Assembly (NCBI GenBank): GCA_038874655.1
Contig: JAVZBY010000003.1
Coordinates: forward strand, 9,808 to 73,807
Origin: Candidatus Woesearchaeota archaeon
GTDB lineage: Archaea; Nanobdellota; Nanobdellia; Woesearchaeales; GW2011-AR15
Reading direction: 5' to 3'
DNA length: 64,000 nucleotides
Shown: positions 1-9,547 of the stretch, one piece after another
Layout: every line of letters begins with the position of its first letter
Numbering within the stretch: the stretch's first letter is position 1
Position numbers and translations under genes: made by a program
Notes under the pieces: generated by a model
Database searches by the model: none
What the model was told of the DNA's origin: nothing
Seen by the model: the letters and a program-made list of their open reading frames with translations, nothing else

Positions 1-2
1 TA

Positions 3-260
3 ATGGAATTTCATTATAATCTTTTAAAGATTACAGAAGAGAAAATAGCAAAAGATATTGCACTTTCTTATCAGGACTTAGTAATTGAAATTAGTATTAA
101 TAATATATTAGAAGCAAATATTTTTAGGTATAAAAACAAAGAAAAAAAACTTTCTTTTACTGATTGTTTAGGTTATGTAATTGCAAAAGAAATGAAAATA
201 AAATTTTTAACAGGTGATAAACAATTTCAAAATATGGAAAATGTTGAGTTTGTTAGATAA
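3..260 (+). CDS. vapC: PIN-domain (VapC-like) protein, 5' truncated at window edge
   Basis: C-terminal PIN motifs LSFTDCLGY and FLTGDKQF; N-terminal acidic strand lies outside the window. Confidence 0.8.
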   Translation: MEFHYNLLKITEEKIAKDIALSYQDLVIEISINNILEANIFRYKNKEKKLSFTDCLGYVIAKEMKIKFLTGDKQFQNMENVEFVR

Positions 261-357
261 ATAGTTATATAAATAATTACTATAAAAATAAATAAAATAT
301 TAACAATTAATCTGTAATAAAGCATCTATAATAAATGTAAAAATAAATGGTGAAAAA

Positions 358-1653
358 ATGAAAGATTTACAAACTGCTCGAGGAACAAGGGATATTAATC
401 CAGAAGAAATGATTATTAGAGAAAAATTAATACAAAAACTAAAAAATGTTTTTGAAAGATATGGATTTAATCCATTAGAAACACCCATCATAGAAAGATT
501 TGATGTATTATCTGTAAAATTTGGAGCTGGTTCTGATAGTGATGCAATGAAAGAAATCTTTAAGTTTAAAGACCAAGGCAATAGAGAATTAGGTTTAAGA
601 TTTGAATTAACATTATCTATGTGCCGTTATATTGCTATGAACCCTAACTTAAAAATGCCTTTTAAAAGGTATGAAATTGGCAAAGTATATAGAGATGGGC
701 CAATAAAATTAGGAAGAATGCGTGAATTTTATCAATGTGATGTTGATGTTGTAGGCATTCCTAATGTTATTGCAGATGCAGAAATAATAAAATTAGCTTT
801 AGATGTCTTTTCTGAGTTAGATTTAAATGCTTATATAGAAATAAACAATAGAAAACTATTGAATGCAATTTTAGAATATGCAAATATAGAAGAAAATAAA
901 AGATTAAGTGCTATAATCATAATAGACAAATTAAATAAAATCGGAGAAAAAGGAATTGAAGAAGAATTATTAAAATTAGGTGTAAAAAAAGAAAGCATAA
1001 AAAAAGTTTTAGAGATTTTCAAAATTGAAGATTATGAAAAAATAGAAAATTTATTAGAAAAACAAAAAATAAACACTGAAGGGATTTCAGAAATAAAAGA
1101 ATTTTTTTCATATTTTAATGATAAAGAACTAAAAAAATTAAAATTCAATCCAAGCTTAGCAAGAGGTCTTTCTTATTACACTGGCATAATTTTTGAAGGA
1201 TTTTTAAATAATTCTCAAATAACTTCCTCTATATGTGGTGGTGGCCGTTATGATAACATGATTGGATTGCTTTTAGAGAGCAAAAATAAAATTCCTGCCA
1301 CAGGAATAAGCTTTGGATTAGTTCCTATAATGGAAGCATTAAAAGAAAAATCTAAAACCTTAAATGAAAAAGAAAAAAAAAGTGTTGTTAAAGTTTTTGT
1401 TATTCCTATAAGAACACAGAAAAAGGCATTTGAAATAACACAAGAATTAAGAAAAAATGGCATTAATGCTGATTTTGATTTATTAGAAAAAGGAATCTCA
1501 AAAAACTTAGATTATGCTAATTCCTTAGGAATTCCATATGTAATATTTGTGGGTGAAAAAGAGTTAAAAGAAAACAAATTAAAACTAAGAGATATGGAAA
1601 CTGGAAAAGAAGAAAATTTAGGTTTAGAAGAAGTTGTAAAAATATTAAAATAA
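358..1653 (+). CDS. hisS: Histidyl-tRNA synthetase
   Basis: ARGTRD start, motif 2 VYRD...GRMREFYQCDVD, LARGLSYYTG, GGGRYD, C-terminal anticodon-binding domain; GGTGA SD upstream. Confidence 0.97.
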   Translation: MKDLQTARGTRDINPEEMIIREKLIQKLKNVFERYGFNPLETPIIERFDVLSVKFGAGSDSDAMKEIFKFKDQGNRELGLRFELTLSMCRYIAMNPNLKMPFKRYEIGKVYRDGPIKLGRMREFYQCDVDVVGIPNVIADAEIIKLALDVFSELDLNAYIEINNRKLLNAILEYANIEENKRLSAIIIIDKLNKIGEKGIEEELLKLGVKKESIKKVLEIFKIEDYEKIENLLEKQKINTEGISEIKEFFSYFNDKELKKLKFNPSLARGLSYYTGIIFEGFLNNSQITSSICGGGRYDNMIGLLLESKNKIPATGISFGLVPIMEALKEKSKTLNEKEKKSVVKVFVIPIRTQKKAFEITQELRKNGINADFDLLEKGISKNLDYANSLGIPYVIFVGEKELKENKLKLRDMETGKEENLGLEEVVKILK

Positions 1654-1676
1654 AAAAATTAATATAAAAGATAATA

Positions 1677-2594
1677 TTGTATTTACTTATGAGTGTTGAA
1701 AAATTAATTTGGCAACTATGTAATTTTGAAGCTTATAGAACTCAATTTATATCAGAATTAGAAAAAAAAATATATTCAAACAAAAAAAAAGAGGATATTG
1801 ATACTCTTAGAAGAAAAGTTAAACAACAATTAGAACATAAATATAGTATTGATAGTCTAACAGAGAGTAGAGTAAACCAACTAGATATTGATAATTTTTT
1901 ATTGAATTTTTCTTATGAAGAATTAGAAAATACACTTTTAGGATTACAATATGATTTACCCACAGAAGTCATTTTACATTTATCTAGGCAAGAAATGATG
2001 TCATTATTTATAGGCTTAGGAAAAGCAGCAAAAAACAATTATTTAAAATTTTTAAAAACACATATCAATAAAAGCGAATCTGTATTAGAACTAATAAGCA
2101 GAATAATTTCTGATAATTTATCAAATCCTAATTTATTAAAAAGAGATTATTATATTAGAAGACAAAAGAATATAATTTATGACGAAAATTTTAATCCTCC
2201 AATAGTTAAATTTCATTTTAATGGTTCTTTTTTTGAATATTGTAAACAAAGAAAGAATAGTATAGTTGTTCATGGAAATGATCCTAGTAGTCATGAAAAG
2301 ATAAAAGAAAAAATTAAAAAAAAAGGATTTGCTCATGTCTTTTTTGAAGTTAAAATTGGCTCATTTTCTCTTGATGTTGTTTGCTTTACGAAAAACCAAG
2401 AAGTTATCGTATACGAAATAAAAGGTGGTTATAATCATTATCAAGAGGGTGTATCACAACTTCAAAATTATGGTGCAATAATTTATCAAGAATTTCATAT
2501 AACCCCTAATTTAGTATTAATACATAATACAAGATACTCTGGCTTTATTGAAGAAATAGTTCCTTTAAGATTAAATCCAAAAACTTTAATCTAA
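1677..2594 (+). CDS. Hypothetical protein with C-terminal PD-(D/E)xK-like nuclease domain
   Basis: FEVK...LDVV...VYEIK...QLQNY pattern (E...D...ExK...QxxxY) near the C-terminus. Confidence 0.55.
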   Translation: MYLLMSVEKLIWQLCNFEAYRTQFISELEKKIYSNKKKEDIDTLRRKVKQQLEHKYSIDSLTESRVNQLDIDNFLLNFSYEELENTLLGLQYDLPTEVILHLSRQEMMSLFIGLGKAAKNNYLKFLKTHINKSESVLELISRIISDNLSNPNLLKRDYYIRRQKNIIYDENFNPPIVKFHFNGSFFEYCKQRKNSIVVHGNDPSSHEKIKEKIKKKGFAHVFFEVKIGSFSLDVVCFTKNQEVIVYEIKGGYNHYQEGVSQLQNYGAIIYQEFHITPNLVLIHNTRYSGFIEEIVPLRLNPKTLI

Positions 2595-2649
2595 TAATTT
2601 TATTAATTAAAATATCAAAGTATTAAATTTTTAATCAAAGGAAAACTTT

Positions 2650-2673
2650 ATATATACATACATATATACATAC
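2650..2673 (+). promoter_or_regulatory. Tandem 12-bp direct repeat ATATATACATAC x2 overlapping the TATA box of vapBC; probable autoregulatory operator
   Basis: Exact copies at 2650-2661 and 2662-2673, overlapping TTTATATA and ending 4 nt before the ATG. Confidence 0.55.
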
Positions 2674-2677
2674 AATT

Positions 2678-2902
2678 ATGACTAAAGTTATTTCATTATC
2701 AGATGATGCATATGAGTTGTTAAAAAGTTTAAAGGAAGAAGGTGAATCTTTTTCTGATGTTGTTAGAAAAATAGCAGGTAAAAAAAAACACATATCTGAA
2801 TTTTTTGGTATTTTAAAAGAAGATACAAAAGAATGGGAAGAAATTTCTAAAAAAATATATGAAGATAGAAAAAGATCAAAATCTAAAGAGGTTAATTTCT
2901 GA
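2678..2902 (+). CDS. vapB: Archaeal VapB-type antitoxin
   Basis: MTKVISLSDDAYELLKSLK..GESFSDVV signature; stop overlaps the start of a PIN gene. Confidence 0.88.
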   Translation: MTKVISLSDDAYELLKSLKEEGESFSDVVRKIAGKKKHISEFFGILKEDTKEWEEISKKIYEDRKRSKSKEVNF

Positions 2903-3288
2903 TGTATTGTCTAGACACAAATATATTAATTGATATTTTAAGAGGCGATGAATCTTTAAGAAGATCTATCTTTAATAGTGATTTAATTGTTTCTACCACA
3001 CAAATAAATGTTTGTGAATTATATAAAGGTGCATATTTATCAAATAAACCAAAAAAGAATATTGAATTAATAAAAAATTTAATTAATAATATAAAAATTT
3101 TAGATATAAATGAAGAAACATATTTTATTTATGGAAAAATATTTAAAGAATTAAGTGAAAAAGGAAAAATTATAAGTGAATTAGATCTTTTAATTGCTTC
3201 AATTTGTTTATCTCATAAATTTATATTAATTACAAGAAATATAAAAGATTTTGAAAATATTTCTGGATTGATTGTAAAAAAATGGTAA
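2902..3288 (+). CDS. vapC: VapC PIN-domain toxin
   Basis: LDTNILID, ELYKG, DLLIASI and ITRNIKDF PIN motifs. Confidence 0.92.
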   Translation: MYCLDTNILIDILRGDESLRRSIFNSDLIVSTTQINVCELYKGAYLSNKPKKNIELIKNLINNIKILDINEETYFIYGKIFKELSEKGKIISELDLLIASICLSHKFILITRNIKDFENISGLIVKKW

Positions 3289-3332
3289 TTAATATTAAAT
3301 AGAATTATAAATTAACTTAAGATATTCATAAT

Positions 3333-4238
3333 TTATAATGTTGTCACAATAATCTTATCTTCTATAATAATAGTATGCTCTGCTTGACTCACTAAACCAT
3401 TATCAGCATCAGGTAAAGGAGGATAGCTTCTTATTATACCTAATTGCAATAACTCTCTTAAAGCAAAGTTCGTTTTTTGCAATCCAAATTTATATGCAAG
3501 CCATCTTGTTGTAAATGGCATATTCTTGTATTTTTCAATTTCACTTAAAACTTGTCTTGTTATCATATTTCTAACTGGCTTTTTTGCTATTTGAGAAAAA
3601 ATATTTGCATTACTGCTCTCATAAATAATACCTTTTCCTGTGCTTGCAAATGGCTCAATTGCTATTACAATGCCTTTTTCTAATTTTGTTTTATCACCAC
3701 TATCAAAATTTGGGATATTTGGTTTTGCATGAAAAACATATTGATCTAAGCCATGACCTGATAAATTCTTTACTGGTGAAAACCCATAAGATTTTATTGT
3801 CTCTTGAATAACTCTTCCTATTTCTCCTATTGTTATGCCTGGTTTTATAATTTTAATAGCATTATTCAAAGCTTCTTTAGATGCTTTTATTAATTTATTT
3901 CCTATATATGTTTCATCATTCTCATAGCCTACACAAATAGTTTCTGCAGTATCACCAATAAAACCATCAAACATAACTCCAACATCTAATTTAGCTATAT
4001 CACCTTTTTTAAAAACAATTTTATCCTCATAATCAGCACAATAATGAGCTGCTATATTGTTTAAAGAAATTTGTGGAGGAAAAGCAAAATTGGCTCCTAA
4101 TTCAATAATTTTTTTTTCAACTTTCTCACTAACCTCTAATAAAGAAACACCTTCTTTTATCAATGAAATTCCGTATTTTCTTGCTTCTGAAGCAATTTTT
4201 CCAGCTTTCAAATATTTTTCTTTTATATCTTTATCCAT
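3333..4238 (-). CDS. map: Methionine aminopeptidase, type II
   Basis: AAHY, KLDVG, IGDTA, NLSGH, AIEPF, QAEHT metal-binding motifs plus the type II insertion. Confidence 0.96.
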   Translation of the reverse strand: MDKDIKEKYLKAGKIASEARKYGISLIKEGVSLLEVSEKVEKKIIELGANFAFPPQISLNNIAAHYCADYEDKIVFKKGDIAKLDVGVMFDGFIGDTAETICVGYENDETYIGNKLIKASKEALNNAIKIIKPGITIGEIGRVIQETIKSYGFSPVKNLSGHGLDQYVFHAKPNIPNFDSGDKTKLEKGIVIAIEPFASTGKGIIYESSNANIFSQIAKKPVRNMITRQVLSEIEKYKNMPFTTRWLAYKFGLQKTNFALRELLQLGIIRSYPPLPDADNGLVSQAEHTIIIEDKIIVTTL

Positions 4239-4376
4239 TAAAAAAGAAAATATATTCTCATTTATAAATTTTTAAAATAAATTTAAAATCTACATTAGAA
4301 AAAACAACAAAAAGAGCATATAAAAATTTAGATTATAGCGATTAAATTTAAATATCTCTAAAAAAAACACATTACT

Positions 4377-4940
4377 ATGAACACATTTATTATAAACATA
4401 ATCACTTTTATTAATGACTTATTAAAAAATTTGAATACTACTTTAACAAGAATATTACTAGCTTTAATTGTATTTTTTTTAGGATTTATAGTTGGAAAAG
4501 TTTTAGGAAAAGCAACATACAGAATTTTAAATGACAACCAAGTTAACAAAAAATTAGAAAAAAAAGGCATTAAGATAAATGCTGAAGAAATATTAAGTTT
4601 AATTGTTTCTTATGTAATATATTTCATAACAATTCTTTATACCCTAGAAATATTGAATATTGCTAACACTTTAATAACCTTCTTTGTATTGATGATTTTT
4701 TTATTGATTCTAATCTCCATATTCATTGCTTTAATTGATTTATTCCCAAATTTTATAGCAGGATTATATCTATACAGCAAAGAAAAATTAGAAATCAACA
4801 ATAAAGTTAAAATAGATAATATTGAAGGTAGATTACTAAAAAAAGAACTTTTCCATTTAGTCATAGAAACTAAAAAAGGAGATTTAATTTATATACCTAA
4901 TTCTAGTGCATTAAAATCTAACATTATTATAAAAAAATAG
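4377..4940 (+). CDS. Short MscS-family membrane protein
   Basis: Three TM segments, NFIAG, beta domain ending IYIPNS; lacks the C-terminal alpha/beta domain. Confidence 0.7.
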   Translation: MNTFIINIITFINDLLKNLNTTLTRILLALIVFFLGFIVGKVLGKATYRILNDNQVNKKLEKKGIKINAEEILSLIVSYVIYFITILYTLEILNIANTLITFFVLMIFLLILISIFIALIDLFPNFIAGLYLYSKEKLEINNKVKIDNIEGRLLKKELFHLVIETKKGDLIYIPNSSALKSNIIIKK

Positions 4941-4999
4941 CAAATAAATTGATATATAAAAAAAACTAAAACAACAAATAAATTAAAAATTATTAAAAT

Positions 5000-5248
5000 T
5001 TAAACCAATGTTTCAAGCATGGAAACTAAATTCCATATTTGTGTTCTTGTATAAGGTTGTAAATTAACATCTTCAGAAATTTCTTCTAAGATGCTTAATG
5101 CTTTATTAACTTGTAAAGATAAATCTCCTGGTTGTTGTAAAGATTTTATTATTTGTTCTAATTTTTGTTTAATATTTTTTGGAACAGTATTATCATTTAA
5201 TAGCTCATTCATTGTTTCTATAACATCCTGTGTTTTCATTTTAATCAC
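5000..5248 (-). CDS. UPF0147 family archaeal protein
   Basis: DNTVPKNIK...LEEISEDVNLQPYTRTQIWNLVSMLE signature. Confidence 0.85.
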   Translation of the reverse strand: MIKMKTQDVIETMNELLNDNTVPKNIKQKLEQIIKSLQQPGDLSLQVNKALSILEEISEDVNLQPYTRTQIWNLVSMLETLV

Positions 5249-5318
5249 CCTGTTAATCTTTTAATAATCAATAATTCACTAATTAATATGAAATCTATTG
5301 TAATGATTTTTTTTTGAA

Positions 5319-5642
5319 TTAGTTATTTATTTCTTTTAACACTTCTTGTTGTAATTCTGTTGCTTTTTGTCTTAATTTTTCTTCTTGTTTTTCTATTGTT
5401 TTTAACCTAAGTTCTATGACCTCTTTTTTTTCATTCAGATCATTTTTAGCCTCTTCTTTTGTTGATTCAACCATTATATTTCCTATTATTCTAAAAACCC
5501 TTTCAGTTTTATCTATTTGAGATAATGCATTTTCTATTTCTAAATTTTGGCTTTGAAATTGTTGTTTTTGTGCTATTAAAGTATTAATATTTTGCTCAAT
5601 ATTTTGCAATTGATTAATTTTTTCTTCTGTTTCTTTTTTCAT
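5319..5642 (-). CDS. pfdB: Prefoldin beta subunit
   Basis: Coiled coil-hairpin-coiled coil with VFRIIGNIMV; conserved rpl37ae-rpoP-pcc1-pfdB order. Confidence 0.92.
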   Translation of the reverse strand: MKKETEEKINQLQNIEQNINTLIAQKQQFQSQNLEIENALSQIDKTERVFRIIGNIMVESTKEEAKNDLNEKKEVIELRLKTIEKQEEKLRQKATELQQEVLKEINN

Positions 5643-5848
5643 TTTGCCTTCTCATATACCTCAATGATTTTTAATATTGTATTAAGAATTGTTTTAAAAG
5701 CAATTATATCTTTTGCTTCCACCTTTATTATTAATTTTTTATTTTCTATAAAATAATTACAATGTGCTCTTTGAAAATTCAAATTTTCTGCTTGTAATAT
5801 CTTATATAAATTTTCAACATCATTAAAAAACTCTAATTCTGCTTTCAT
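5639..5848 (-). CDS. pcc1: KEOPS complex subunit Pcc1-like
   Basis: Small size, LIIKVEAKDIIAFKTILNTIL motif, conserved gene position. Confidence 0.75.
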   Translation of the reverse strand: MKAELEFFNDVENLYKILQAENLNFQRAHCNYFIENKKLIIKVEAKDIIAFKTILNTILKIIEVYEKAK

Positions 5849-5961
5849 AGTAATTTATTACTAAAAAAAGTTTATTTTTATTAAGTATAATTTAGTCTAA
5901 TTATATTTGTAAAATTTATTTTAATTTTTTATCAATCTCTAATTTGAAGTTTCTATCTTGT

Positions 5962-6099
5962 TTATCTTGCTTTTACTTTTGTTACTGTTGTTCTTGGCTT
6001 AAACAATAACTTTGAACCACAATAAATACATCTTACTCTTTTTCTTAATGTTGTATCTTCAATTTCTTTATTGCAATTAAAACATTTGTATAATACCAT
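5962..6099 (-). CDS. rpoP: RNA polymerase subunit P (Rpo12); not in the ORF track
   Basis: Hand translation MVLYKCFNCNKEIEDTTLRKRVRCIYCGSKLLFKPRTTVTKVKAR (45 aa): CxxC...CxxCG zinc ribbon, between rpl37ae and pcc1. Confidence 0.93.
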   Translation of the reverse strand: MVLYKCFNCNKEIEDTTLRKRVRCIYCGSKLLFKPRTTVTKVKAR

Positions 6100-6154
6100 T
6101 TTAATCAAACTTTTAATTAAAGGATTAATTTACTTAATTTTAAATATACTAAGT

Positions 6155-6367
6155 TTATTTTGGCACATAAGCTTTTCCTGTAAAAACAGCATTACACTTT
6201 TTACATTCCCATATGCCTGCTGCTTTTCTTTTAACAGCTACTTTATTACAATAAGGACATTTATGTAAAGCTCTTTGCTGTTCTTCTATTTGACCAAATA
6301 ATAATTTTGTTCTTCTTCCATATCTAGGACCAAATCTTTTAATTGATGTGGGAACTTCTTTGACCAT
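6155..6367 (-). CDS. rpl37ae: 50S ribosomal protein L37ae (eL43); start corrected to MVKEV
   Basis: RFGPRYG, CPYC...GIWECKKC...FTGKAY. Confidence 0.95.
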   Translation of the reverse strand: MVKEVPTSIKRFGPRYGRRTKLLFGQIEEQQRALHKCPYCNKVAVKRKAAGIWECKKCNAVFTGKAYVPK

Positions 6368-6528
6368 AGCAAGTTGAAAATCCCATATATTTAAATAATT
6401 AACTAAAAAAATCCTAAAAAAGAAATTATTATATAATTTAAAAATCAAAAAATTAGACAAAACTAAAAAATTCGATATATTTAAAATATGCTTATTATTT
6501 CCCATTATTAATAAAAAATAAAAGGTTT

Positions 6529-6602
6529 GGGGCCATGTTCTAGCTTGGCTATGATCCGTCGCTTGGGACGACGAGACCCCGGTTCAAATCCGGGTGGTCC
6601 CA
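6529..6602 (+). tRNA. tRNA-Pro (UGG), no intron, CCA not encoded
   Basis: Acceptor GGGGCCA/TGGTCCC+A, anticodon arm CGTCG-CTTGGGA-CGACG, T arm CCCGG-TTCAAAT-CCGGG. Confidence 0.95.
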
Positions 6603-6728
6603 CTTTTAAATTTTCTTATCTTTTTAAACACATCATCCACATAATACTCTTTAAATAAGAAAAAAAAATTAAATTTATAGACAGAAAAATCAGTAAAGTT
6701 TATATACCTTTTATATATAGTAATTTTT

Positions 6729-9197
6729 ATGGGTATTTTTGAAGTAATATTTAAATCTAAATCCAACTATAATGATCATTTAGATAAGGAAATTTTATTA
6801 TTAAGAAAAGATTTGGAAAAAAGCACTGATTTCTTCAAAGATTTTGAAAAATTAAAAAAAATAGTCAACAATTATTTTTCTAAAAATTATAATGTACATT
6901 ACAGATTCACATATGAAGATTTAAAATTTGATCTTAAAGAAAAAAACCTTGATATAGAAGAAAGCAAAAAAATTGAAAGTTTATGTGATTTTTTAAATGA
7001 AATGGAATTTGACATAAATAAAGTAAACAAAGAAAACATAGACAAAGCATTAAAACTGCTATCTGATCTTAATCAATTCAAATCTTTTGATAAGAATACA
7101 TCTGAAAAAAATTTAACTGTGGATTTAAATAATAAATCATCTATAGAAAGAAAAGCTTCTGAATCTATAATAAATAAAGAAACAGTCAAAGATACTAATA
7201 AATTAGAAGAATCTCTGTTTTCTCCTAAAATAAATTTAAAAGAAAACAATGAATTAAAAAAAGAAGAAATTGTTAAAGAATTACCCTCTTTTGAATTACC
7301 TTCCTTTAACATCAAAGAAAAAACAAATATCAGTGAAAAAGAAATTAATGAAAAAATAGACAAGAAAGAGTTAGATATAAAAAATGAAATAAATATAACA
7401 AAAACAATTCAAGAAAAAAAAGATAAAATTAATGAAATAAAAACTAATAAAGAATTAAGAAAAAAAGAAAAAAAAGAAAAAGAACTAGAAAAAACAAAAA
7501 ACCTAAAAAAAGGTATTGAAAGTATAAAAAAAGGTTTAGAAAAAAACAAATCCTCATTAGAAGAACAAATTGACTTAATCGAAAAACAACAGAATATTAT
7601 AAAAAAGGAGAAAGAAGAATTAAATAAAGTAAAAGAAGAGTTGCCTGCATTTAATATTTTAAAAAATAATTTAACAAATAAATTTGATAAACTTGAAGAA
7701 AAGAAAAAAGATATTGAAGAACAAGAAAAAAAAATTGATGAAAAGATAAAATCACTAATCTTAATGGAATCAAAATTAAAAGAATATGAAGAAAAAATAA
7801 AAAAAGATGAAATTGATTTAAGAAATAAAAAATCATTACTAGATGAAAAGGAAAAAATTATAGAAAATATAAAAAAAGAGTTAAATGAAAAATATCAATA
7901 TGCCTTACAAGAAATAGCCAAATTAAAAGAAGATCTAAAAGAAAAAGAAAAAAATTTTTTAGAACTTCAAGAATTTTTTAACCAAAGAGAAAATAAATTA
8001 AGTGTAGAGGAGCATAATCTATTAGAAGAAAAAAGAAAATACTCAAATTTTGTTTCTGGTGTATTAAAAAAACATATTGAACTTGCCATTAAAGATTTAT
8101 TGTCAACTGAGAAAAGATTAAATGAAGTAATTAAACAAAATAAAGAGTTAGAAAAAAAGATTAATGAATACGAACAAAAAAGTTTAGAAAACTTAAATAA
8201 AATAGAAGAATTAAAAAATGAAGTTAAAACAAAAGAAGCATATTTCAAAAAATTAGAAAAAGAATTCAAAGAGAAAGATGAATTATATGAAAATTTATCT
8301 AAATCTTTATATGAAAAGGAAAAAGAAATTCTTGAAAAAGAATCTGCATTAACACAATATAAAAACAAAATTGAAAAAACAGAAGCAGAAATCAAAGAAA
8401 AACACAAAAACATAGAGATTAAAGAAACTGATATAAAAGCAATTGAAAAAGAAATTGAAAGATTGAATTTTGATTTAAAAAACAAAAACTACAGAATAGA
8501 ACTTATGAGAAAGCATATAGAAAAAAGAATTGCTTCTTTCAAAAGATTAAGAGATGATGTAATGAAAAGCATCAAAAGAGAAAAAACAGAGATTTTAAGA
8601 ATAGAAAGAAAATTAAAAAGAAAAGGTATTTCAATAGATTTAAATTTGAGCAAGTTTGAAAAAAAGGAAAAACAACTAGACTTATTAAAATCAAATTTAA
8701 AAAATTTAAAAACTAGTGATGATAAAGTACTAGAACAGGGTATTGACATAGGTTTAAGCAATGATTATGTTGGAAACCCAAATATATTAGATATTTTAAG
8801 ATTATTAAACATTGCAAGAGATTTTTTAAAGCATAATGAAAAAGAAAGAGCAAGAGACGCTTATTTAGAAATCCAGAGATTATTTGATGAATTAGAAGAA
8901 GATGAAAGAGAAGAAATTTATCCTGAAATATTAGAAGTTTTCAAAACAAAAGATTTAAAAGTTTTATCAAACAAATTCATTGAACCACAGATAAGCGAAG
9001 ATGATATACAATCTTTAATACATCAATTTGAAGTTTATGTTGAAACAAAAGATTTAGAAAACGCTCAAACAATATATGAAATCCTACAAAAAAAATACCT
9101 AACAATGAATCAAGAAGAAAAAGCTATATATTATCCTCAAATAATGGAAATTTATAACAGATTGTTGGATAAAGAAATTAACACATATAATTTTTAA
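6729..9197 (+). CDS. Long K/E-rich coiled-coil protein with two C-terminal helical repeats
   Basis: Several hundred aa of heptad-like sequence, no Walker motifs, two related approximately 50-aa helical units at the end. Confidence 0.7.
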   Translation: MGIFEVIFKSKSNYNDHLDKEILLLRKDLEKSTDFFKDFEKLKKIVNNYFSKNYNVHYRFTYEDLKFDLKEKNLDIEESKKIESLCDFLNEMEFDINKVNKENIDKALKLLSDLNQFKSFDKNTSEKNLTVDLNNKSSIERKASESIINKETVKDTNKLEESLFSPKINLKENNELKKEEIVKELPSFELPSFNIKEKTNISEKEINEKIDKKELDIKNEINITKTIQEKKDKINEIKTNKELRKKEKKEKELEKTKNLKKGIESIKKGLEKNKSSLEEQIDLIEKQQNIIKKEKEELNKVKEELPAFNILKNNLTNKFDKLEEKKKDIEEQEKKIDEKIKSLILMESKLKEYEEKIKKDEIDLRNKKSLLDEKEKIIENIKKELNEKYQYALQEIAKLKEDLKEKEKNFLELQEFFNQRENKLSVEEHNLLEEKRKYSNFVSGVLKKHIELAIKDLLSTEKRLNEVIKQNKELEKKINEYEQKSLENLNKIEELKNEVKTKEAYFKKLEKEFKEKDELYENLSKSLYEKEKEILEKESALTQYKNKIEKTEAEIKEKHKNIEIKETDIKAIEKEIERLNFDLKNKNYRIELMRKHIEKRIASFKRLRDDVMKSIKREKTEILRIERKLKRKGISIDLNLSKFEKKEKQLDLLKSNLKNLKTSDDKVLEQGIDIGLSNDYVGNPNILDILRLLNIARDFLKHNEKERARDAYLEIQRLFDELEEDEREEIYPEILEVFKTKDLKVLSNKFIEPQISEDDIQSLIHQFEVYVETKDLENAQTIYEILQKKYLTMNQEEKAIYYPQIMEIYNRLLDKEINTYNF

Positions 9198-9514
9198 AGA
9201 TTTTTCCAATAATTTAACCAATAATCTTTATAATTATTAAAAAGGTCTATAAATTCTTGTAAATTATTAAAACCCAATTCTTTTGCTACTTTTTCTGCTT
9301 CATCCCTATTTTTGATACTTAATAAAGTTCTTATAACATTAAAAGCTCCTTTACAATTTTGAATATAATTATGATAAGCATTTTTTAAATCATTAAAATC
9401 TTTATAACCTTGTGTTTGCCAGGATTGACCATTTAATTTATAAATTGCATCTGTCAAATATTTAAGAGTTGATAAAGTAAGTTCTAACTCTAAAATTTTT
9501 TTTGATTTTGCCAT
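9194..9514 (-). CDS. Hypothetical protein
   Basis: ATG ORF filling the gap, typical composition. Confidence 0.6.
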   Translation of the reverse strand: MAKSKKILELELTLSTLKYLTDAIYKLNGQSWQTQGYKDFNDLKNAYHNYIQNCKGAFNVIRTLLSIKNRDEAEKVAKELGFNNLQEFIDLFNNYKDYWLNYWKNL

Positions 9515-9547
9515 AGTTTATATTCTAATTTAAATATTTAACATTTT

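Noticed and set aside
6368-6505. 46-aa N-terminal extension of L37ae in the ORF track
   Set aside because: Homology starts at MVKEV; the extension covers the divergent promoter region shared with the tRNA
6584-6766. 60-aa minus-strand ORF
   Set aside because: Overlaps the tRNA and the start of the coiled-coil gene
6729-9197. Rad50/SMC assignment, tempting because mre11 and herA are in the window
   Set aside because: No Walker A/B, signature motif, zinc hook or hinge
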